This document shows, piece by piece, positions 26,813 to 32,000 of a stretch of 32,000 bases of DNA; the first letter of the stretch is position 1, and each line of letters begins with the position of its first letter. Both the position numbers and the translations under genes were made by a program. The DNA comes from Haloferax volcanii DS2. GTDB taxonomy: Archaea > Halobacteriota > Halobacteria > Halobacteriales > Haloferacaceae. The stretch lies in contig NC_013967.1 of the NCBI RefSeq assembly GCF_000025685.1, forward strand, positions 2,640,001-2,672,000. The letters are read 5' to 3'. The notes under the pieces were generated by a model, which searched no databases, had not been told where the DNA came from, and saw nothing but the letters and a program-made list of their open reading frames with translations.

Positions 26813-27267
26813 CAAGTAGAAGCGCCAGCATCCCCAGCTAGCGGTGTTTGAATTTCTGCCATTCGTGTCCGATATTTGTCTGGACATAATTCTATCATAT
26901 AATCGAATAACTCTCTCGAATACCATTATAGAACTCGCACAACTGCTGATTGGACATATAACATAGATGTGCATTCTTATCAAGAGTTTTGACGGATTCA
27001 ATGAGGAATCTGATAGCTTGTCCGAGCAGACCGGAGTTGGAGGGGTTCTAGCCGATCATCGAATTTGAAATACCAACAGAGAGTGTTCTGAAAATATGTT
27101 CTCTGCTGGTATGCAGAGTCGGTGGTCGCGGTTGGGTGGTTCGATGCGCTTAGTCGAACGCCCCATCTTCGACGTCCGGAACCCCCCGAACGGATTGACG
27201 CGACGGATGTCTCAATGGCTTCCTTCTCTGTTTGGTCGGCTGCACTGGTCCGGTCTATGCCGCGCAG

Positions 27268-28163
27268 TCACTCTGCACCGGAGTTCGACTCCGTGGTCTT
27301 GAGACGCAGCGTGTCGCCGTCGCGTTCGATGACCTGCTTATCGAGGAGGCGGGTGATCGCATCGGTCACCGCCCGTTCGTCACCGTCCGAAAGCGACCGC
27401 ACGTTCGACAGGACGAAGGACCGAATCGAACTCGTTTCGCGCCTCCCGTCGTCGATCGCCCCCAGAACGAAGTACTCGGCCTCGAATTCGGTTGCGAATT
27501 CCGAAACGCGTTCTGTGAACGACACCGGTAACCCGGATAGCATCTGCACCGCGGTCTCGATAGCGAACAGCGGGTGGGATCGATCGCGGATGTGTCGCGC
27601 CTCCGTCGAACCCGAATTGAACGGGCGCTGCTTCTCGATCTCCTCCAGGATCGACTCGTACTCCAGCCCGCGTTGCGCGTACAATCGCATGTCCTCGATG
27701 TCCCGCCGCCTTCCGCTCCCCAAGTCACCGCCTGAGACGGCTTTCAGCAGGAACATGTCTTCGTCGGAGAGTACGTACGCCGTCGCGTGCTCGCCGACCC
27801 AGAACTCCTCCGCCCGCTCGTGCATCCGAGTCGTGATCCACACCTTCCCGACTACCTGCCGTTCGAACAGGTCGATTCGGAGCCCTCGCTCGGGATGACG
27901 CGTCTCGACCGTTTCCCGACGCCGTCGAAGGGCTCGGTGGGCTCGTCAATCACCTCGAACCCGTTCCGTTGCAACGCCTCGTACACGTGCTCGAATTCGG
28001 TCGTCACGGCGAGGGCCAAGTCGATGTCCTCGGTCTGGGCTTTGAGTCCCCGAACCGTCATCGCCGACCCGCCCAGTAGGTACACGTCGACGGGTTCCGA
28101 GAGCCATTCGTCGAACTCGGACAGGAACTCCCTGATGGCGTCGCCGCCGCTGAAGACCGCCAT
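27268..28163 (-). pseudogene. AbiEii/AbiGii-like nucleotidyltransferase (toxin-type), interrupted by one frameshift
   Basis: Track ORFs 27852..28163 (VDVYLLGGSAMTVRGLKAQTEDIDLAL = NTase G-[GS]..D-x-D pattern) and 27268..27843 are adjacent. Manual translation shows that the downstream frame continues upstream as ..ETVETRHPERGLRIDLFERQVVGKVWITTRMHERAEEFW. A single +/-1 shift near 27890..27930 (a G3A3 run lies at 27912..27917) would join them into about 295 aa. Confidence 0.65.
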
Positions 28164-29114
28164 TCAGGCGACCCCGTACTGGTCTTTCAGCGCCGCGTAC
28201 TCTCCGGGACTCGGTAAGCGAACTCCTCCCTCATCGCCCGCCTCGATGTCCTCGTCGATGAAAGCGTACATCTGAGAGATCGTCTGCTCGACCCCGTACC
28301 AAGTCGCGGTCTCAGTGAGCGCTTCCCGATCGATCTCTTCCTGTTCGATGAGGAGTAACGCGTAGCTCGTCCGCCGCGAGTCCGCGTCTAGAACGAGCGT
28401 GTGGCAGACGACATCCGCGGGGGTGAGAGGTACGTCCGGCGCGTACCAGAACGCCGGCTCGCCCGCGAGGAAGAACCGCAGGCCGTACGCCCGAAATCTC
28501 GCCAGCCCCGTCAGTTCCCAGTCTTCCGCGCTCTGGAGCGTGTCCGTGTCCTCCGGGTCGTGGACTCTGACCAGAGCCCGCTTCGGGTCGCACCACTCCA
28601 CGGTCGCGCTGGGCGCGAGAGCGCGAACTCGGACTCGGTGTTCGTGCGCGACGACCGCGCGAGCGAATTCGAGCAGCGGTCGCAGGTCGTCGGCGAGCGC
28701 GTATTCCGGCCCTGCCGGATCTAACATCGCCCGGTTCTTCAGCGGTGAGAGGGCTTTGTGAACGGCCTGTCTCGTGATCCCCAGGCGGTCGGCGATCGCC
28801 GTGACGCGACGCGGTTCGTCGAGGAACCAACAGACGCGTATCGTCGCGGGAGAGAGGAGCTCAGGCCATTCGACGTGTCCGAGTTTCGAGGCGAGACGGC
28901 GGTACGCTTCGACGACCGGATCGTCCGTCGCTCTCACGACGCGCTGGTTGTGATGGCCGCGCGTCTCGCGTACCAGGCCCGCCTCGATCATCTCGTCGAC
29001 GACGCGATAGACTTGCTTCCTGCTGTTCCCCGTGTCCGCCGCGAGTTCCTGAGCGGTGGCTTCCCGACCGGTGGAGAGCGCGTCGAGAACAGCGATTCCG
29101 GTCTTCGAGAGCAT
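28164..29114 (-). CDS. double winged-helix transcriptional regulator, AbiEi-like antitoxin candidate
   Basis: 316 aa. wHTH 1: ATAQELAADTGNSRKQVYRVVDEMIEAGLV. HTH 2: RRVTAIADRLGITRQAVHKALSPL. Its stop abuts the NTase start with no intergenic gap. Confidence 0.6.
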   Translation of the reverse strand: MLSKTGIAVLDALSTGREATAQELAADTGNSRKQVYRVVDEMIEAGLVRETRGHHNQRVVRATDDPVVEAYRRLASKLGHVEWPELLSPATIRVCWFLDEPRRVTAIADRLGITRQAVHKALSPLKNRAMLDPAGPEYALADDLRPLLEFARAVVAHEHRVRVRALAPSATVEWCDPKRALVRVHDPEDTDTLQSAEDWELTGLARFRAYGLRFFLAGEPAFWYAPDVPLTPADVVCHTLVLDADSRRTSYALLLIEQEEIDREALTETATWYGVEQTISQMYAFIDEDIEAGDEGGVRLPSPGEYAALKDQYGVA

Positions 29115-29134
29115 ATTTGTAAACTATATTGTCC

Positions 29135-29152
29135 GAACACTCAAAAGTGTTC
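29135..29152. promoter_or_regulatory. 18-bp palindrome GAACACT-CAAA-AGTGTTC, 21-38 nt upstream of the regulator start; operator candidate
   Basis: Perfect 7-bp arms centred about 29 nt upstream of ATG 29114, which would overlap the -27 promoter position of a leaderless transcript. Confidence 0.5.
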
Positions 29153-29233
29153 CCACGGTTTGGTTTACGATTTGGCCCTTAGTCTGAGCGTGCTCCCGGT
29201 ACGGGAAAGGGCTCGATTGCGTCACGCGCCAGC

Positions 29234-29872
29234 TCAGACCGCGCGCTCGGAGCTTCGGCAGTGTTCCCCGAACGGGCACGTCTCGCACTGCGGAGTGCGT
29301 GCGGTGCAGACGTCGGCCGCGAAGTCCAACATAGCGTGCTGGAAATCGCTCCCGCGTCGAGAGGGAGCGAGCGCGTCGGCGAGATGTGGGAGAACTTCCG
29401 AGTCCGGGGGTAAGTCGAAGAAGCGAGATATCAGACGCCGAACGTTCGTGTCCACCGCCGCGATGTCCTCGTCGAACGCGTGTATCAGTACCGAGCGTGC
29501 AGTGTAATCTCCGACGCCGTGGAGTTCCAGTAGGTCGGCATATCGGCGAGGGACGTCGCCCGAGTGCCGCGCGATCAACTGCTGTGAGGTCCGTCGAATG
29601 AACTCCGCTCGTTTCGCCAGACCGAGCGGAGCGATTCGTCGTTCGATCGCCTCCGGGCTCGCGGCGACGACGGTTTCGGGCGACGGGTACCGCGCGACTA
29701 TCGGGAGGTACGCACCAGAGACTGACGCGGCGGTCGTTCGCTGAAGCAGTATCTCCGCGATCAGGATCTCGAACGCCGACCGGCCGGGCTCGCGCCAGGG
29801 TAGCCGATGCCGGCCGTTCTCTTCGTGCCAAGCAAGTAGTGGTCCGACGAACGACTGCTGAGGGTTCAACAC
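29234..29872 (-). CDS. HhH-GPD / 4Fe-4S DNA glycosylase (MutY / endonuclease III family)
   Basis: 212 aa. LPWRE..FEILIAEILLQRT, HhH segment LLELHGVGDYTARSVL, catalytic-region VDTNVRR, and C-terminal cluster CTARTPQCETCPFGEHC (C-x6-C-x2-C-x5-C). Confidence 0.8.
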   Translation of the reverse strand: MLNPQQSFVGPLLAWHEENGRHRLPWREPGRSAFEILIAEILLQRTTAASVSGAYLPIVARYPSPETVVAASPEAIERRIAPLGLAKRAEFIRRTSQQLIARHSGDVPRRYADLLELHGVGDYTARSVLIHAFDEDIAAVDTNVRRLISRFFDLPPDSEVLPHLADALAPSRRGSDFQHAMLDFAADVCTARTPQCETCPFGEHCRSSERAV

Positions 29873-29961
29873 GTGACGCTCTGCCGCGTCATCGATGAAA
29901 TACGTTCGTCGGGGACGTCGGTAGTTCGATTCTCCTCGATGGTGGGTTCAGCTTCGCCCGG

Positions 29962-29996
29962 ATCGTACTTCAGAGTATGATACTTTGAAGTACGAT
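29962..29996. repeat. 35-bp AT-rich near-perfect palindrome
   Basis: ATCGTACTTCAGAGTAT-G-ATACTTTGAAGTACGAT, with 16 of 17 arm positions complementary. It lies 90 nt upstream of the MutY-like start and about 200 nt inside attR. Confidence 0.7.
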
Positions 29997-30199
29997 GATC
30001 GTCTCGCGTCGCTACCGGGACCACTCGTTCGACGACATAGAGACAGTGATATCCGGTCGAATCGAACTTGGCCGGTGGACAAGCATCTGGTGATTTAAGT
30101 GGATAGCCCGCGTGTGTCCAGTCAGTAGCGGCCGAAAACCGCAGATGCGCGGAAGTGGGATGCACTCGAACGGGCCGAGCTCGCGGCGAACGAAGGAGC

Positions 30200-30241
30200 C
30201 CTTTCGAGCCGAGGACCAGGGTTCAAATCCCTGACCGAGCA
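30200..30241 (+). repeat. attR: exact 42-nt copy of the tRNA-Glu 3' part
   Basis: Identical to 6893..6934. Not preceded by the 5' half of a tRNA. Confidence 0.85.
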
Positions 30242-30321
30242 CTTCTCTGAGGAACAACGTGACGAAGAGAGAGCGGAGCGTAGGGGATTTGAAACAGGGA
30301 GCGAACAGAGCGAGCGACTGA

Positions 30322-30348
30322 GGTTCAAATCCCTGACCGAGCACTTCT
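30322..30348 (+). repeat. third, shorter att copy (27 nt identical to 30220..30246)
   Basis: GGTTCAAATCCCTGACCGAGCACTTCT. It covers the tRNA 3' end plus 5 nt of shared downstream sequence. The preceding ~12 nt (GAGCGAGCGACTGA) are a degraded match to the tRNA. Confidence 0.8.
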
Positions 30349-30487
30349 TTGCTGAACGATCTTCGAAGCGACCGCTTTGCGTGTCGCTTCGACTGTGGAG
30401 CAGGAATGCGACCAGGGAATTAGAACTAGCGAGCACCGTGTTGCGAGTGGAGTTCAACTCCCCTCCAGACCATCCCATTCTACCGCA

Positions 30488-30639
30488 GTCTGCGATAGCT
30501 CTTGTGTCCCACCAAGTAGCGTCGCCGGATTCACGCGGAACCGTAGGTGCGGCCGCTGGGGGAGGCGTTCATGAGAGCCCCGCTGAACTCACAGTCGAAC
30601 GGTGGGCTCGCTCCGGTGTTACAGGACGCGAAACACTGA
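30488..30639 (+). pseudogene. remnant of an int2-type integrase: conserved upstream leader plus start codon, then a 22-codon dead-end ORF
   Basis: 30488..30573 aligns with 10550..10637, with about three quarters of positions identical by eye, through GGAGGCGTTCATGAG. After the ATG at 30571 the frame reads MRAPLNSQSNGGLAPVLQDAKH and then a stop. Confidence 0.6.
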
Positions 30640-30664
30640 TTACCCATTTACCGTTCAACATCTC

Positions 30665-31150
30665 ATGCCCTCGGACATGGAATTCAAGTTCAATGGCCCA
30701 TCTGGACCGCTCGGGGTCGCACTCCTCCTTATCTTAGGACTGGGCGTTATGGGGTACGGGGGGTACAGTTACTTGGCCCAATCTTCGGCGTTGGACGCCA
30801 CGGAGACGGTTGACGCGACTATCGTTTCGACCGCAATCGAACAGGTCAACCAGCGACGAGGGACGGACGATTACAGACCGCAAGCGACTTTCAGATACAC
30901 CTATGAAGGCGAACGCTATACGTCAACACATATGTATCCCGGAGGTGTTTCGCGCGAATTCGAGACGAAGGAAGACGCTCAATCGCAGTTAGGGGGTTAC
31001 GAGCAAGGAGCGACCGTGACCGCCTACGTACCATCGAATTCCCCCGGTGACGCGTTCCTGATACATGAGAGCAGCACTAAGCCGCTCTACATAACCGGGT
31101 TTGGTGCTGCTCTCGTGCTTGGCACGCTCGTTTCGGTCCTTCGAAACTGA
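30665..31150 (+). CDS. DUF3592-like two-TM membrane protein
   Basis: N- and C-terminal hydrophobic helices flank ..DATIVSTAIEQVNQRRGTDDYRPQATFRYTYEGERYTS.. . Start taken at MPSDMEFKF (30665); 30677 and the track start 30602 are alternatives. Confidence 0.6.
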   Translation: MPSDMEFKFNGPSGPLGVALLLILGLGVMGYGGYSYLAQSSALDATETVDATIVSTAIEQVNQRRGTDDYRPQATFRYTYEGERYTSTHMYPGGVSREFETKEDAQSQLGGYEQGATVTAYVPSNSPGDAFLIHESSTKPLYITGFGAALVLGTLVSVLRN

Positions 31151-31332
31151 GGGTCTGGCAGATTATCCGGCTACCGCGTTTCTGTGTCAGAACGGGCGGG
31201 AAACACTATACGTATCCACAGTCCAACGATGACGCATGCACGGGCTCCTGAACGCTCTCCGTCGATGGGTCAACCAACCCCCATCGGTCGGGAGAAACCG
31301 CGTCTGGAACGTTGCAGGAGCGTAGGGAATCG

Positions 31333-32000
31333 ATGACAGACGGAACCTCCATGGCCATCCCGCTCGACGAATTTCGGGTGCCAGTCGTCGCCTACGCCGT
31401 GACGAACGGCGAGCCTCGTATCACTGCAACGAACGGGGCTTTCGAGTCGGTGTTCGAGAGTCCCTCGCCCGAAACGCCCGTAACGGCGATATTCGAGCGA
31501 TTCAGTCTCGTCAACTCGACCGGTGACGAGAACCCGGTCACGCACCTCATTCGTGGCGACAGTGTCGGGATGTACCTCGACGGGGGCGGTTCGGGTGGGC
31601 CGTTCTTCGCTCGGATACTCTCTTCTGACGGTGACACCGGCTACGTTGTGTTTCGAGACGCGAACGAGTTCCCCGGTATCGCGTGCACTCCGGCCGTAGA
31701 ACCCGTGAGCAGTGTGATCAGCCACGACCTCCGTAACCCGCTGGACGTCGCCAAGGCCCACCTCCGAGCAGCACGGGAGACAGGTGACACCGAGCACTTC
31801 GAGGCAGTAGCCGACGCGCACGAGCGAATGGAACGTATCATCCGCGACGTACTGACTATCTCGCGGGACCGAACCGTGTTGGACCCGACCGGCAACGTCT
31901 CGATAGAAGCCGCCGCGAAGGATGCGTGGCAATCCGTCGATACCGAGTACGCCACGCTGGATGTGGCGGACACACTCCCGACTGCGACTGCCGACTCTGG
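31333..32000 (+). CDS. sensor histidine kinase, 5' part (continues past the right edge)
   Basis: Not in the ORF track because there is no stop in the window. Manual translation from ATG 31333: MTDGTSMAIPLDEFRVPVVAYAVTNGEPRITATNGAFESVFE (PAS-like) ..VSSVISHDLRNPLDVAKAHL (HisKA H-box) ..ERMERIIRDVLTISRD. Confidence 0.8.
   Translation, partial: MTDGTSMAIPLDEFRVPVVAYAVTNGEPRITATNGAFESVFESPSPETPVTAIFERFSLVNSTGDENPVTHLIRGDSVGMYLDGGGSGGPFFARILSSDGDTGYVVFRDANEFPGIACTPAVEPVSSVISHDLRNPLDVAKAHLRAARETGDTEHFEAVADAHERMERIIRDVLTISRDRTVLDPTGNVSIEAAAKDAWQSVDTEYATLDVADTLPTATADS

Larger units (their letters stand above)
6935..30241. mobile_element. composite integrated genomic island at tRNA-Glu (tandem integrase-type elements plus IS insertions)
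   Basis: Bounded by the 42-nt direct repeat. An integrase lies next to the tRNA. The interval holds three tyrosine recombinases, four complete IS copies plus one truncated IS fragment, and AT-rich patches in a high-GC background. Confidence 0.8.

Noticed and set aside
26313-27001. Small ORFs 26313..26531 (-), 26337..26537 (+) and 26780..27001 (-) in the AT-rich region
   Set aside because: The composition is basic and hydrophobic, unlike haloarchaeal proteins. They overlap one another and the repeat units, and no start context supports them.
27122-27898. 258-aa plus-strand ORF
   Set aside because: It is antisense to the two halves of the NTase pseudogene, Ser/Arg-rich, and without motifs.
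29866-30478. Minus-strand ORFs 29866..30165, 30012..30344 and 30122..30478
   Set aside because: The proteins are non-acidic and Ser/Arg/Cys-rich. Two of them read straight through the tRNA-derived att repeats. No motif support.
31270-31973. Minus-strand ORFs 31270..31932 and 31641..31973
   Set aside because: The plus strand encodes a histidine kinase with an unmistakable SHDLRNPL H-box. It is open to the window edge and is missing from the track only because it has no stop.

Overview
High-GC segment encoding acidic proteins, so probably a haloarchaeal (class Halobacteria) chromosome. Core genes occupy both ends. Left: sdhC-sdhD-sdhB, an M14/AstE-like deacylase divergent from a RimK-protease fusion, an AlkA-like glycosylase, a FadB-like fusion and tRNA-Glu(UUC). 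Right: a DUF3592-like membrane protein and a sensor histidine kinase. Between them (about 6.9-30.35 kb) is a mosaic accessory island integrated into the 3' half of tRNA-Glu. The 42-nt 3' part of the tRNA recurs at 30200-30241, a 27-nt piece recurs at 30322-30348, and a degraded copy lies near 10443-10460. Each copy is followed about 160-230 nt later by a paralogous tyrosine integrase (int1 at 7092, low GC; int2 at 10635) or by an integrase 5' remnant (30488-30573). This suggests several successive integrations. The island carries two near-identical 1.4-kb ISH3/IS4-superfamily IS copies, one of them nested in a truncated IS4-like transposase gene. It also carries an IS110-family element, a complete IS4-family element, a third small tyrosine recombinase flanked by repeat arrays, a frameshifted AbiEi/AbiEii-like pair and a MutY-like glycosylase. 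The most interesting cargo is a six-gene operon (15111-22204) with stop/start overlap at every junction: wHTH, HTH, HNH-wHTH, a two-piece AddB-like inactivated helicase, and a 1174-aa UvrD-type helicase with a RecB-type PD-(D/E)XK nuclease. A CxxC orphan follows it. I cannot place this gene set in any named system. All family assignments are by-eye motif matches and need HMM or structure confirmation.
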